Shown here: positions 19,125 to 30,667 of the stretch, one piece after another
How positions within the stretch are numbered: position 1 is the first letter of the stretch
How the letters are laid out: each line of letters opens with the position of its first letter
DNA from: a virus
DNA: 64,000 bases
Direction: 5' to 3' (one strand)
Virus record (IMG/VR): IMGVR_UViG_3300043411_002463
Location: 1-64,000 of that record
Notes under the pieces: generated by a model
The model's input: only the letters and a program-made list of their open reading frames with translations
Database searches by the model: none
Told to the model about the DNA's origin: nothing
Program-made: the position numbers and the translations under genes

Positions 19125-19957
19125 TGTCTTTACAAGATTTTGAAAAAGCTTTTTCGAGTATAAATGATACCTTTGAAAGTGCAGCACAAGTACTTGAAAA
19201 GACAGCAGAATCATTTAATGGTTCTTCATCACCTTCTACCATAGGTTTTGGAACAAGACAAAGTAAATTACCAGATAATCGAGTAGCTGTTGATACTAGA
19301 AATATTATTCATTGGTTAGTTCCAGAGGGACCAATTATTCAAATGTATATAAATCCAAAATCAATTAGTGCTAATTGGGTTAAAGATGTCCCAGATACAC
19401 GCACTAAAGGTGGTTTCGTAATTCAATATTTTGGTCCTAAACTTTTAGAATTAAATATTAGAGGAACAACAGGTACATCAGGCATTGAAGGTATTAATGT
19501 TTTGTATGACTTATATCGATATGAGCAATTAGCTATGGATCCTTATGCACTCGCTAATGCTGCGGCAAATTATCAAAATACTTTGTCTAATGAAATATTT
19601 GGTGAAAATAATCTATTAGGAAGTGGAGAAGATTTCGCAAATACAATATTATCTGGCTCAATTAATCAAAATTTATTACAAACACAAGTTCCACCAAGCT
19701 TAGCTGATATAGCATTTAAAGTAGAAATGTATTATTCAGGACTTGTATATAGAGGTTATTTTACTTCATTTTCAGTTGAAGAACAGGCTGAAAATTTGGG
19801 ATTCTTTGATTACACTCTTAATTTTAAAGTTACTCAACAAAGAGGCTTTCGTCAAAACTTTTTGGCATGGCATCGCTCACCAAACGAAGGTCCGTCTCAT
19901 ACAGATCCTGTTCATGGTGTTCCATATAGTTTTTCTTCATTACAAGAAAAAGGTTAA
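19124..19957 (+). CDS. Tail tube initiator / baseplate tube-like protein
   Basis: MYINPKSIS..RTKGG..YFG..LNIRGTTG..YRGYFTSFSVEE.A..FDYTLNF pattern, after the tape measure gene. Confidence 0.7.
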   Translation: MSLQDFEKAFSSINDTFESAAQVLEKTAESFNGSSSPSTIGFGTRQSKLPDNRVAVDTRNIIHWLVPEGPIIQMYINPKSISANWVKDVPDTRTKGGFVIQYFGPKLLELNIRGTTGTSGIEGINVLYDLYRYEQLAMDPYALANAAANYQNTLSNEIFGENNLLGSGEDFANTILSGSINQNLLQTQVPPSLADIAFKVEMYYSGLVYRGYFTSFSVEEQAENLGFFDYTLNFKVTQQRGFRQNFLAWHRSPNEGPSHTDPVHGVPYSFSSLQEKG

Positions 19958-19960
19958 TAA

Positions 19961-22900
19961 ATGGCTTTTGAAGATTTAACCAATGCTATTATGGGTAGCG
20001 TTAATTCTCAATTTGGTGTAGCTGAAAATGTTCCATCAAATCCGGATGATATTTATTCTTATAAACAATTGGGAAAATTTGCATCAAAAATAGATACAAC
20101 AGAAGAAAGAAATTATTTACTTTCTGGTTGGGTGGATAATACTAGAAAAGTTCGTCCACAAAATACAGAAATTTTATTACAACAACCAGAAATAACAGTT
20201 TTAATAAAAAAGAAACATTTTGCTGCATTAAAAGAAAACTATAATTTAAATCTTTTAGATAAAGATGAAAGATTATATTTGCAAGTTTTAAAAAGATTAT
20301 TGTTTAATAAATGCAAAGCAATTGCAGCATATGAAAGATTATCAAAAATTGAAGAGATAGTAAAATTATCTGGTTCAATTAATGATTATGTATTGCCTGG
20401 GATTTTTGCTAGTGTTGATACTTTAAATACTATTGCACCTAATTTAGTTTCTGGAGAAACATTATCTGCCATAGAAACTTTAAAAAAAGTTAAGAATTTT
20501 TCTGATACAAATAGTATTACTACTTGGTTAAATTATCAAGAAGTTCCATATTTAACAGATGTTGCAGATGGCACCGGAGTAATTGAATTAACGTTAGTTT
20601 CATCTTTATCAACTGGAGTTTCTGTTAAGTTTGGTCAAGGATCTGCTTCATTAAATATTGAAAATCCTAATAATTTATTAGCTATTAATACAAGAGATAT
20701 TGAACAAGCTATTTCTGATGTTGTAGGATTTACCAATAATAAATTCTTCTCAGTAGTTGATGGACAATTAAATCAAACAATATCAACATTAAAAGAGCAG
20801 ATAAATTCATTAAGAAATGATCGTGGCGCAGCTCCATTAAAATACATTATTAATTCACAATCAGATTATTTTAAAAAATTAAGGGTGATTATAGATGAAG
20901 AAGGTAGAGAGATAATTTTCAATTATGATGGTGGTTTGTTAGGATTTGGCAGCAATGTTAGTTTTGATACTGCTAATTTCTTAGGAACTAATGGTCTTGC
21001 TGAAAACGAAAGCACATTATTAAGTGAAGTAATTAAAAATACTTATATTTTATTTGGATTAGAGCAAACAAGAAAAAATGAAATATTACAATTTAATGGG
21101 GAAAATTCAAAAGTTAGAAAGAGATTAGAATTAGAATTAAATGGTAAAACAATTATTCAGCAAATGGATAGTATTACTATTTTTAAATCATCAAAAACAT
21201 CTCTTGATGAAAGAGTTTCACAAGGATTTAGTTTAATAAATGGTAAAAACAGTTTATTGAATAATATTCAAAATTCATTTAATAATATAGTTGATACTTT
21301 TGATGGTTTTTTTGGAAGAAAAGAAAGTTTCCTTGAGTCAGAAAAAAGAGCCATAGTTGGGGATGATTTTCCAACTTGGCTTTGGTTAATGTTGCGCAAT
21401 CAATTTACAAGACAAGCAGCTGGAGTTTGTACTTTTTCTGGAATCATTACTGACGTTTCAAGACAATATAATAATGGAAAATATGAAGTTTCTGTTTCGG
21501 CTCAAGATAATTGCCATTATTTAGAACAAAGTCAAATTAATATAAAACCAGCAACAGATACGGTTGATGCATCTTTATATGATCCATTAACACCATTCAA
21601 AAGCGATTATGATTTGTCTAATGGTTTGTTAATGGGCAATATGCCAGAATTGTTAGATGAAAATAAAAGATTATTATTAACAGGTTCTGTTAGAGCAAAA
21701 TCTGGACGTTCATATGGAAGAAAATTAAATGAAGATAATTATTTAATAAAAGATTTACAACCACTTGCAAAAGAATCTGGTCAGGGTAAGTTACGATATC
21801 AATTTTTTGATCCAGAAGGCTTCGTTTATAGATGGAAAGAAGGAATTGGTAGCGTAATATTAACTGGTGAACCTCATAATTTTGGTACAGGTTCAATTAA
21901 AAACGAAGCAAATCCAATTATTACAAACAATCCATTCGTTGGACAAAATGTAATGAATGTTTTGTCTTTGCTAATTACTGGCATACCTTATAATTTTAAT
22001 AACTTTATAAAATCTGGTTTGGCATCTGGCTACATCTTAAAAGATGATTTGTATAATAAAAATTGGCAACATTCGTTTTTAAAAACATTAATTAATGATA
22101 TTAACAAAGCAAATTCTTTGTGGGGTAATTTTATTCCTCTAAAAAGAATAACTTTGAATGATGATGCATTTAACTTTTTAAGAAGTGGTCAGTTTGATTT
22201 AACCAAAAAGAATCAAAGAATTAATTTATTATTAGAACAACGTGCTACATTATTTGATCAATTAACTACAGTATTTAGTCCATTAGCACAAGATCCACAA
22301 TGGTACAAACGTGCAGATAATAAATTATTAGTTTCTGAAAGTAATTTAGTATCTGGATTATCAGCAACAGACATTAGTGGTATTGGTCAAAAATTAATAG
22401 ACTTAGATTATGAAATTGAACAAAACATTCAAGCATTTACAGAATCTTTAAACGATCCAGAAATACAAGGAACGGATTTAGTAATTGTTGGCGATAATAT
22501 TGATTTGAATGATTCAAGCTCATATCAAGATAATTTATTTCAAAAAGAAAGATTAAGAAAGAAAATATTACAAATTACTCAAAGAAGACTTTGGAAAGTA
22601 AAAGCCAATGAAGATAATAACTATTTTATAGTTGATGATACATATGATCAAAACTATGACATTAAAGCTTTCGAAGAATCTTTATCAAATGTAATTTCTA
22701 CCTTTAAATCAACTTATTCCACACCAGCTGAACAAGTACAAATGGCAGCTAATTTGCTTGGTTTAGAAGTTTTTGCAGACAGTCAAGGACACATAAATGC
22801 TCGACCGCCCGCTTACAACAAAATACCAAGCAGTGTTTTATTAGAACTGCTACAATCAAAGCAGTCACAAAATATTTCTATCTTTCCAGAATATTTACAA

Positions 22901-24817
22901 TCATTATTCTTTAATCAAATAAAAGGAGTGACTGATAAAATAGAAATACTTGAAGACCAAATTCGTTTACGAGCAGCTTTATTAGGCGCAACAAATGATG
23001 CTTCAGCTATTGATAAATTAAAAGGTTCAACAGGAAATTCATCAAACTTTACATTTTTAACAGAAGAATTAGATGGCAGAATTAAAGCTTCGGGTATTGG
23101 CTCATTAACTTTACAAGCTAATCCTGATTTTCTTGAAGAATCAAATAGAAAATCTTTAGATGAACTTTCTAATATATTAAACAATTCAGTAAATAATTCT
23201 ATTAATTTTGATATTGTACAAAAAGCTAATATTGTTAATTCATATACTTCATCAGTAAGTTCAGGAGAACGAGTTAATGTTATTGCTGCTAGATTAAAAA
23301 AGAAGGGTTATAATGATTCTTTAATTTCTGACATAGAAAATTTGTTCAGCACTGCTCAGGTTCAGTCAGATAAATTAAAAATATCAAATCAATTAGCTTC
23401 ATTATTAAGCGAAAGATTTTATTTAATTAAATTACTAAACAATTCTGTAAAGAATTTACAACAAGGAATTGATGTAAATTCAGCTAAAGATTCGTTGGTT
23501 CAACCTCTGTATAACAACAAAAATTTTCCAGAAATCCTTTATCATATGATAGAGGATGAGGCAGTTGATGATTTAGGAGAAAATTCAGGCAAGCGCTATA
23601 TTATTAGAGATGTTGATATTTATTCATATAGAATCGTTGAAAAAGCACCACCATTTACCTTAGTTCAAGTCAATGGTAGTTTAAGTAATAATTTAGTTCA
23701 AACACCTTCAGGATTAGATGTTGGTACTAACGGAAACTTTTTAACAAGTGCTTTTGCTGTTGATTATAGCATGTGGCGTCAATATGGATTTAAAGGACAA
23801 AATTCTGTAGATGTTCCATTCTTTACAGATCCAGCAGCCCAATGTGCCCCTTATGCACATTGGTTACTAAACCAATCTAGAAAAAACATTCTTAATATAG
23901 AAATGGAAATGCGTGGTAATGAATTTATCCAAGCTGGAGAAGTTTATTATTTAGAAAGTGAAGATTTATTAGGTTATGCTGAAAGTGTAAGACATTCATA
24001 TTCTTATAATGGAACATTTACTACTAGTTTAACCTTAACATATGTTAGAAAACCTGGTGAATTTATACCTACAATGTTAGATATTATAGGCAAAGGCTTA
24101 TATGCTACACAAAACCAATCAGATTTAATTAAAAATAATAGAAATAACTCTGCAGTAAATGAAAGTTCATTAGGTGCAGTAATTAATTATTCTCCTCAAA
24201 TTTTAACTTCAGAAGATTCAGAAACAAGTGAGCAAAATATTTTTAAGACTTCTTTTGCTGATTCTAATAGAAAAAATCTAGCTAATATTAAAGCAACTGC
24301 TGCTGGATTGTTGCAACCAACCAAGTATGGAGATTCTTTTAAAATAGAAGCAAGGATTTATTATAATTCTGAAGAAGGTTTTTCATCTGCAAGTACTAGC
24401 TTGGTAACTTTTGCAGAAAGTGTTAAACAATTATTATTAAATCCAATGAAAAATATTTCAAACAATCAAGGCAATGTAACTATTTCAGATAACGATCAAG
24501 AAAATTCTTTTAATATTAAAGCAGATGATATAGAAATAGTACAAATAGATTTGGGTAAAACTGAAGAATATCGTTCGCCATCTGTTGAAGCTTGGTCGAC
24601 AGCAAGAAGGTTAGTGGCAGTAGATTCGGCTCAAATATTAGAGCGTGCTAATTTGTTTAATTATATTTTAGATTTTTGGGTCGTATCAAAAGATAATAAT
24701 ATTGCAACATCTTTCGGAACAACTTCAGACAAATCAACCAACTTAAATCAAGCAGAACAATTAGAAAAAGATAAATATCTAAAAGCATTTAATAAAAGTT
24801 TAGGAATTGGTCAATGA
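19961..24817 (+). CDS. Large baseplate hub protein (gp27/gpD-like core with long insertions)
   Basis: FSGIITDVSR..VSAQD, EVFADSQGHINARPP and GNEFIQAGE..ESVRHSYS..FTTSLTLTY hub-type segments. Position between tube initiator and spike. Confidence 0.6.
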   Translation: MAFEDLTNAIMGSVNSQFGVAENVPSNPDDIYSYKQLGKFASKIDTTEERNYLLSGWVDNTRKVRPQNTEILLQQPEITVLIKKKHFAALKENYNLNLLDKDERLYLQVLKRLLFNKCKAIAAYERLSKIEEIVKLSGSINDYVLPGIFASVDTLNTIAPNLVSGETLSAIETLKKVKNFSDTNSITTWLNYQEVPYLTDVADGTGVIELTLVSSLSTGVSVKFGQGSASLNIENPNNLLAINTRDIEQAISDVVGFTNNKFFSVVDGQLNQTISTLKEQINSLRNDRGAAPLKYIINSQSDYFKKLRVIIDEEGREIIFNYDGGLLGFGSNVSFDTANFLGTNGLAENESTLLSEVIKNTYILFGLEQTRKNEILQFNGENSKVRKRLELELNGKTIIQQMDSITIFKSSKTSLDERVSQGFSLINGKNSLLNNIQNSFNNIVDTFDGFFGRKESFLESEKRAIVGDDFPTWLWLMLRNQFTRQAAGVCTFSGIITDVSRQYNNGKYEVSVSAQDNCHYLEQSQINIKPATDTVDASLYDPLTPFKSDYDLSNGLLMGNMPELLDENKRLLLTGSVRAKSGRSYGRKLNEDNYLIKDLQPLAKESGQGKLRYQFFDPEGFVYRWKEGIGSVILTGEPHNFGTGSIKNEANPIITNNPFVGQNVMNVLSLLITGIPYNFNNFIKSGLASGYILKDDLYNKNWQHSFLKTLINDINKANSLWGNFIPLKRITLNDDAFNFLRSGQFDLTKKNQRINLLLEQRATLFDQLTTVFSPLAQDPQWYKRADNKLLVSESNLVSGLSATDISGIGQKLIDLDYEIEQNIQAFTESLNDPEIQGTDLVIVGDNIDLNDSSSYQDNLFQKERLRKKILQITQRRLWKVKANEDNNYFIVDDTYDQNYDIKAFEESLSNVISTFKSTYSTPAEQVQMAANLLGLEVFADSQGHINARPPAYNKIPSSVLLELLQSKQSQNISIFPEYLQSLFFNQIKGVTDKIEILEDQIRLRAALLGATNDASAIDKLKGSTGNSSNFTFLTEELDGRIKASGIGSLTLQANPDFLEESNRKSLDELSNILNNSVNNSINFDIVQKANIVNSYTSSVSSGERVNVIAARLKKKGYNDSLISDIENLFSTAQVQSDKLKISNQLASLLSERFYLIKLLNNSVKNLQQGIDVNSAKDSLVQPLYNNKNFPEILYHMIEDEAVDDLGENSGKRYIIRDVDIYSYRIVEKAPPFTLVQVNGSLSNNLVQTPSGLDVGTNGNFLTSAFAVDYSMWRQYGFKGQNSVDVPFFTDPAAQCAPYAHWLLNQSRKNILNIEMEMRGNEFIQAGEVYYLESEDLLGYAESVRHSYSYNGTFTTSLTLTYVRKPGEFIPTMLDIIGKGLYATQNQSDLIKNNRNNSAVNESSLGAVINYSPQILTSEDSETSEQNIFKTSFADSNRKNLANIKATAAGLLQPTKYGDSFKIEARIYYNSEEGFSSASTSLVTFAESVKQLLLNPMKNISNNQGNVTISDNDQENSFNIKADDIEIVQIDLGKTEEYRSPSVEAWSTARRLVAVDSAQILERANLFNYILDFWVVSKDNNIATSFGTTSDKSTNLNQAEQLEKDKYLKAFNKSLGIGQ

Positions 24818-26799
24818 GTGAAATGAGAACTGGTGTAAAAGCTGGAGTACCTGTAAATGCCACTATAAGAAAATATAATGGTGATGGAACTGTATCATTA
24901 TCAATAGATACCATTTCTTTAGGATTACCAAATTATGATATAGTTGCACCATTACCAACAGCCTGGCTTGGTAATAATGCATTTTTAGCTGGTTATCCAG
25001 ATGAAGGCACTACAGTTAAAATTATTCAAGGACATGGTGGTTCATGGACAATTATTCAAGCATCTGGCTCCAATCAATTTATTAATGATTCAGATTTCGT
25101 TAAAAATACATTAGTAGGCAAAGTAAAAGATGGAAGTAAGTTTGTTTTATCACCTAAAAGTGGAATATTTTTAGGTAAAGACAAAAACAACATCAAATTA
25201 AATCCAAATCAAGAATTATTAACAATAAATGTAGATTCAGAGTATACATTTACTAATTCACAAAGAAAAATATCTGGAAATATTAAAAGAGATTTAAGAG
25301 ATACATCAAATAGAAATTTATTAACAATAGATTTAGATAATCATAAATATGAATCTAATTTATTTGAAATATGTTTAGATCCGTCTTTAACTGCAAGTCA
25401 TAGTACTGTTTTTGGTAATATAAGAAATTTACCACTTACAGAAACTAGAGAAATAGTATATGAATATTCAAATGATTATGATTTTATATCATTTAATGAT
25501 GAATTAAATAGATACAAAGATACAAATTTTGTAAATGAAACAGAAAATTCTAGAAGAAAAAGTAGAACTGATGTTTTATCATTAAACTTAGAATATCCAA
25601 ATTATTTAATTGAAAGTATTAAAGGTACAGTTGTAGATTTATTTGGAAATATATTGGATATTAATAAGAATATTCTTCCAATTGGTAAAGTGCCAGATTT
25701 ATCATTGAAAGATTCTAAAAACGTAGAAAAAAACTATATTAATATTCAAAAAGAATTTAGAAAGAGTATAGCTTTTCATTGGGAAATGAATGCTAGAAAA
25801 GAATTAGGTGAAGAGCTTTTGCCTCCTAATCCAGATTTAAATTCAGATTATTCTAGAAATAGAAGTAAGTTTGCCTTTACTATTGATAAAGAAGGTCAAA
25901 TTAAATGGAATATACCAGCTTCTTCTGAAACAGGAAACATAGGTCTTTTAGTACGTGATGAAAATTATTCAACATTATTAAGTAAACAAAATTCTAATTT
26001 CAATCCAAATGATTTTGTTAAACCAGATGATTTTGTTGATATTTATTTGGATAGTTTTGCTTCAAAATCTAGTATATTATTAAAATCAAATGATAATTTA
26101 GATGGTTATCAATCACCAACAGATAGAATTACTGGAAATGTAATTAAATTAGGAACAGCTTTTCATGATATTACTAAAGTAGTTTCTTCTTTTCAAAAAA
26201 CTGCCCCATATTTGCAATCAAATATGAAATTAATTGATTTTGATCAAAATAATAGACTAAATAAAACTTGGGTGCCTTTAGATAAGATAATTTCTGATAC
26301 GATAATAGTTTCTGGAGAAGGAGCAAATGGTGGTGGAAGATCTGGAACAATTTCTGCTGATGGTCACTTTTCAGTTTCTGTTGGAGCTAATACTATTGAT
26401 CGACAATCTTTATTTATTGATTGTGCAGGTGGTGTTGTAGCTTCATACGGAAGAGATAAACAAGGTATCTCTATGGCTGCAAGCTATGATGGAGATGTTT
26501 ATATGGAAATTGGCGGTACTGGTATTGGAAATTCTTATGATTCTAGATTTGCAAATCTAAATGATGCTTATAGAAATGGTTCTTTAGATATTAGAGTTCA
26601 TATGAATGGTCAATTAGCTATATTAAAAATTGGACCAAATGGTATTGATATAGTATCACCAGGTACTATGACATTTTCAAGTCAACAAGATATGATTTTT
26701 AGAAGTAATTCAAACTTATTGTTTGAAGGTGAAAATATTGTAATGCATGCTGAAACAACTAAGAGAATTGTTAATAAATACCCAAACAATACTATTTAA
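24814..26799 (+). CDS. Baseplate central spike-like protein (gp5/gpV-like)
   Basis: N-terminal OB-fold-like segment (..GYPDEGTTVKI..) and beta-rich C-terminus with short spike-like repeats. Follows the hub. Confidence 0.5.
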   Translation: MSEMRTGVKAGVPVNATIRKYNGDGTVSLSIDTISLGLPNYDIVAPLPTAWLGNNAFLAGYPDEGTTVKIIQGHGGSWTIIQASGSNQFINDSDFVKNTLVGKVKDGSKFVLSPKSGIFLGKDKNNIKLNPNQELLTINVDSEYTFTNSQRKISGNIKRDLRDTSNRNLLTIDLDNHKYESNLFEICLDPSLTASHSTVFGNIRNLPLTETREIVYEYSNDYDFISFNDELNRYKDTNFVNETENSRRKSRTDVLSLNLEYPNYLIESIKGTVVDLFGNILDINKNILPIGKVPDLSLKDSKNVEKNYINIQKEFRKSIAFHWEMNARKELGEELLPPNPDLNSDYSRNRSKFAFTIDKEGQIKWNIPASSETGNIGLLVRDENYSTLLSKQNSNFNPNDFVKPDDFVDIYLDSFASKSSILLKSNDNLDGYQSPTDRITGNVIKLGTAFHDITKVVSSFQKTAPYLQSNMKLIDFDQNNRLNKTWVPLDKIISDTIIVSGEGANGGGRSGTISADGHFSVSVGANTIDRQSLFIDCAGGVVASYGRDKQGISMAASYDGDVYMEIGGTGIGNSYDSRFANLNDAYRNGSLDIRVHMNGQLAILKIGPNGIDIVSPGTMTFSSQQDMIFRSNSNLLFEGENIVMHAETTKRIVNKYPNNTI

Positions 26800-26813
26800 T
26801 AGATATACAATAA

Positions 26814-28916
26814 ATGCCTTGTACTCCTAATGATAATCAAATTAATGTCACTCCAGGACCACCACCAACGGTTCCTGGTTTTGGCACAGTATCATCACCA
26901 GTACAAATACCAAATCCTGGGTTTGATTTACCATCTGAATTATTAGAAGATTTTAATTCATTAATTTCTAGATTAAGTGCTATTTTTCCTAGCGGAATAT
27001 TTAAACCTAATCCTGATTTTTCCATGAAGACAGTTTATGATTTTTTATCTGGAGTATTAACACAAATTGCTCCATTTTTAAGTTTGTATAATTTCTTTTT
27101 GGCTCTATTAAGAATTATTAAATGTATTATTGATATTTTATGTGCTATTCCAAATGTTTTTGCAGTCTCGCAAAAATTAGTAGTTTTATTTAAAGAATGT
27201 TTACCACCATTTTTGAATTTATATCCAGCTTTTGCTTTAGCAATAATGATCATTTCTTTATTATTATTAATTCTTGCCTTAATTGAATATTTAATATCAA
27301 CGATTTTTGCTATCATAGATTCTATTCTTAAAAATTTAGAAATATTTGAAAAAGCATCAACTCTAAATGATGCTCAAGGAACGTTAGCCGCCATTAACAA
27401 AATAGCTTCTTTGTTATGTTTTATTCAAAATTTAATGGCAATATTTGTTGCCTTTAGTGCCATAACATCTATTATTGAATCAATTGCTAAGTTTGCTGGT
27501 GTGGTATTTTGTGATGATTCAGATGAAGATGGTTGTTGTCCACCAACCTTATGCCCACCATTTATTAAAAACACTCCAAACGGAATTACAGTTACCAATG
27601 GTAGGTTAGTTTATCTAAAAGAGATTTCTGCTGATTTAGCTTCTGAATTATCTCCTGCCTTAGCTGCTGTTATTAAAATACCACCAGTTAGACAAGAACG
27701 CTGGCAAGTTTATGCAAGAGATTTATTGCCTGAATATACAATTGATAAAATAATTACCCCAACCATTCCAGTATTTGGTACAAACTTTTGGGCAGATGCA
27801 GCAGTAATTACTAACAAAACTCCACCAAAACGTGCTCCATATACCGTCGATGTTACACTTACAGCAAATCCAAAATTGTTAGGATTTTTAACTGATACAA
27901 AAGGTTCAAGAAAATTTATTATTAAAGATTGCATTGTAATAGAAGAACCATTGAATGGTTATTTTGATTTCCAAAATGAAGAAACTAGTAATGTTAATGG
28001 AAGTTTAAGTATTGCTGGTGGTTTGGTATATGAAGAAGATGGAACTTCTTATTTAATAAGTGGAAAGCAAGCTACATTAGAAACCTTTATTCACCAAGAA
28101 AAATCCACAGCAAATTCTGTTCCAGCATCAAGTGATAATGATGAAATCTTTTATGATATTTCGTTTGTTTGGAAGCCAAATAACCCAGCATTAGCAGGTT
28201 TTAATATTACTACTGCTGGTTGTACACCCGAAGTTTCTGTGGAGCGTGCTGTAATTAATTCTATTTTAACTACAGAAGGTATACAACCTTGGGAATTAAG
28301 ATTACCTAATGTACCTGCTGGTGTAAAAGTTCCTTCTATTAACTTTTTGCCAAACATAAGCGGTACACAGGCTTGTATAGAAAATGCACTTGGTATCTTT
28401 AGAAAAAATGTTTCAGCACAAGGTGCTGCAGAATTCCAAGCTTCAGTCACTGTTTGTTTAAATGATCTTAAAAATCAGACATCAGCTTCATTGTGTGCAA
28501 CCTTATTGGCAGCCATTAGTCAATTTAAATCTACGTTTGATTTAGATACAGATTTACAATTTACTAATAAAAACATAGAGGTGTCTTTAACTTTGAAAGA
28601 TGCATCTGGTACAGAGTTAACAAATAATATACCAGAGACATGTGCAAAACAAATTGAAGAAAAATTAACTACAGAAATAACTTTTGGAAAAATTTCTGCC
28701 TTTAAATATGATGGTAGCAAATTATTTAAAGCAAATATAAGTTCAGATTCTGCAGGCTCCGGTAATATAAGGGTTTTGTATGACAATAAAGTCTTATCAG
28801 CATTATCAACAAATTCTGATAATCAAACCGTAATAGAAGAATATTCTTTGGATTATACATTCGTTGATTCAACAATTTCTTCACCAGTACGTCGTGATGA
28901 GACTGATTTAGGATAA
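26814..28916 (+). CDS. Baseplate-region protein with long hydrophobic helices, Cys-rich
   Basis: 700-aa intact ORF. Hydrophobic AFALAIMIISLLLLILALIEYLISTIFAII segment, many Cys, and a C-terminal Ig-like beta region. Function unknown. Confidence 0.6.
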   Translation: MPCTPNDNQINVTPGPPPTVPGFGTVSSPVQIPNPGFDLPSELLEDFNSLISRLSAIFPSGIFKPNPDFSMKTVYDFLSGVLTQIAPFLSLYNFFLALLRIIKCIIDILCAIPNVFAVSQKLVVLFKECLPPFLNLYPAFALAIMIISLLLLILALIEYLISTIFAIIDSILKNLEIFEKASTLNDAQGTLAAINKIASLLCFIQNLMAIFVAFSAITSIIESIAKFAGVVFCDDSDEDGCCPPTLCPPFIKNTPNGITVTNGRLVYLKEISADLASELSPALAAVIKIPPVRQERWQVYARDLLPEYTIDKIITPTIPVFGTNFWADAAVITNKTPPKRAPYTVDVTLTANPKLLGFLTDTKGSRKFIIKDCIVIEEPLNGYFDFQNEETSNVNGSLSIAGGLVYEEDGTSYLISGKQATLETFIHQEKSTANSVPASSDNDEIFYDISFVWKPNNPALAGFNITTAGCTPEVSVERAVINSILTTEGIQPWELRLPNVPAGVKVPSINFLPNISGTQACIENALGIFRKNVSAQGAAEFQASVTVCLNDLKNQTSASLCATLLAAISQFKSTFDLDTDLQFTNKNIEVSLTLKDASGTELTNNIPETCAKQIEEKLTTEITFGKISAFKYDGSKLFKANISSDSAGSGNIRVLYDNKVLSALSTNSDNQTVIEEYSLDYTFVDSTISSPVRRDETDLG

Positions 28917-28917
28917 T

Positions 28918-30666
28918 ATGGTAGCCGATCTTGCAGCCGATAATAATTTTGAAGATTTGCAAACAGTTGATTCTGACATTGAGTCATTGTTTAAAAAATA
29001 TATAGAGCCTATTGATCAACTAAGATCATATGCTAGACCAATTTTATCCGCAGATATAAGTAATACTAAAACTTTTGAAGATGTGTTATTGGAAGATTCT
29101 AAAAATTTAGAATCAAGCACTACAATTCCAATGGAAAGTAGAAGACATTGTTTTTATAGAATGTTGGGTTTGCCAGTATTGGATTCGCAAGGAAGGTTTT
29201 ATAATCCTGGTTTTCCATTAAACTTAAATGTTAAAAGTCATAATGAAATAAACTCAGATATTTTTAAGAATTTAAAAGAATTACAATCATTTGTTTATTT
29301 GAATGAAAGAGAAATATTTGAAAATAAAAATGTTTATATAAACAAATCTAATTATTTAGAAAATATTATAAGTAATGTTTTATATTCTTATGTAGGAAAA
29401 TTTACTACATTTAAATTGTCAGAATCAGTTTATGATATTGATCAACAATCAAGTTTGATAAAAGAAAGAGAAGAAAAGGGTAATTTTTACGCCAAGTTAA
29501 ATGGTGAATTAGAATTTGATAAAGAAATGTTAGATTTAGTTCAAAAATATAAAACACAAAAACACGTGATTGTTCCTTTAATGGTAGATCCTAGATTAGT
29601 TAATACTGTTACACCAGATAATAATTTAGTTTGCATACCATTCTTAAAAGATAAATCGCAAACAAAAATTAATAACTCAACTGAGCTATTAAGACCAGGA
29701 TTGGAATTAATTATCAGACAAAGACTTGAAGATTATAAATTAGATAGTAATTATTTGAAAACATTATCAAATATTTTGGTTGGAACGCCCCAGTCTTCTT
29801 ATATTTCAGATGATGATTATCTTACTTTAAAAGCTACAGTAAGTGCATTTTATGATTTTTCAGCCAATGCTCAAGTATCAAAAATGTTACAAAAAATGTC
29901 GGCTACGGGAAATACTGGCGATGAAGAACTTCAAAATATTACAAACTTTCAATTTAAAACAGTAAATAAATTAATTAAAACATTAAAAGCATGTGTAAAA
30001 GATTTACAACAATCAATTTTATATATTGAAAAATTAAAAAGCAATATTAATTGGGCACCACAAACCGGAGTAGACGGACCAAGTTCAAAAATAGATAATA
30101 AATTAAATTCTTTTATTAATATTTCTAGTAATAAATTAAATAATTCTTTAAAAGAATTGAAAATTAAAAAAGTTAGTGCAGAATTTAGGCAAAAGAATTT
30201 TGAAGATTTGGGTAGTTTTGCTTCTCCTTTTCATGATAATGATTTCTCAGAAAATATTAATTTTTATGATGATCAAATAAAAGATGTTAATAAAAAAATA
30301 GAACATTATTCTTCTTTGGGTTTTTCTGCATTGCGTAATATAGAATTAATTACAGGTCAAGTTTCTGGATTTGGTCTTGTTGATGTATTGGCAATATACA
30401 CTGCATTATGGTCAATTGATTTAAATGTATTAATTTCTTTATTGGATGATAGTGCTTTTGAAAGATTGTATAATTACAATACAAACTATCAAGGAAACCA
30501 AGCAGTTTCATTTAGAAAAAACAATGGGTCAAAATACACTGGTGATAAAGCGATATCTTTATTGACGGAGAAATTATTTCAAACATTATCGTTTGTTGAT
30601 TTTTATATGGATCATTTTGTTAAAAATTCTCCAGCTAATATAAATTCAAATAATTTTGAAGGATAA
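28918..30666 (+). CDS. Hypothetical protein in the baseplate cluster
   Basis: 582-aa ORF tightly packed between neighbours; no recognisable motif. Confidence 0.7.
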   Translation: MVADLAADNNFEDLQTVDSDIESLFKKYIEPIDQLRSYARPILSADISNTKTFEDVLLEDSKNLESSTTIPMESRRHCFYRMLGLPVLDSQGRFYNPGFPLNLNVKSHNEINSDIFKNLKELQSFVYLNEREIFENKNVYINKSNYLENIISNVLYSYVGKFTTFKLSESVYDIDQQSSLIKEREEKGNFYAKLNGELEFDKEMLDLVQKYKTQKHVIVPLMVDPRLVNTVTPDNNLVCIPFLKDKSQTKINNSTELLRPGLELIIRQRLEDYKLDSNYLKTLSNILVGTPQSSYISDDDYLTLKATVSAFYDFSANAQVSKMLQKMSATGNTGDEELQNITNFQFKTVNKLIKTLKACVKDLQQSILYIEKLKSNINWAPQTGVDGPSSKIDNKLNSFINISSNKLNNSLKELKIKKVSAEFRQKNFEDLGSFASPFHDNDFSENINFYDDQIKDVNKKIEHYSSLGFSALRNIELITGQVSGFGLVDVLAIYTALWSIDLNVLISLLDDSAFERLYNYNTNYQGNQAVSFRKNNGSKYTGDKAISLLTEKLFQTLSFVDFYMDHFVKNSPANINSNNFEG

Positions 30667-30667
30667 T

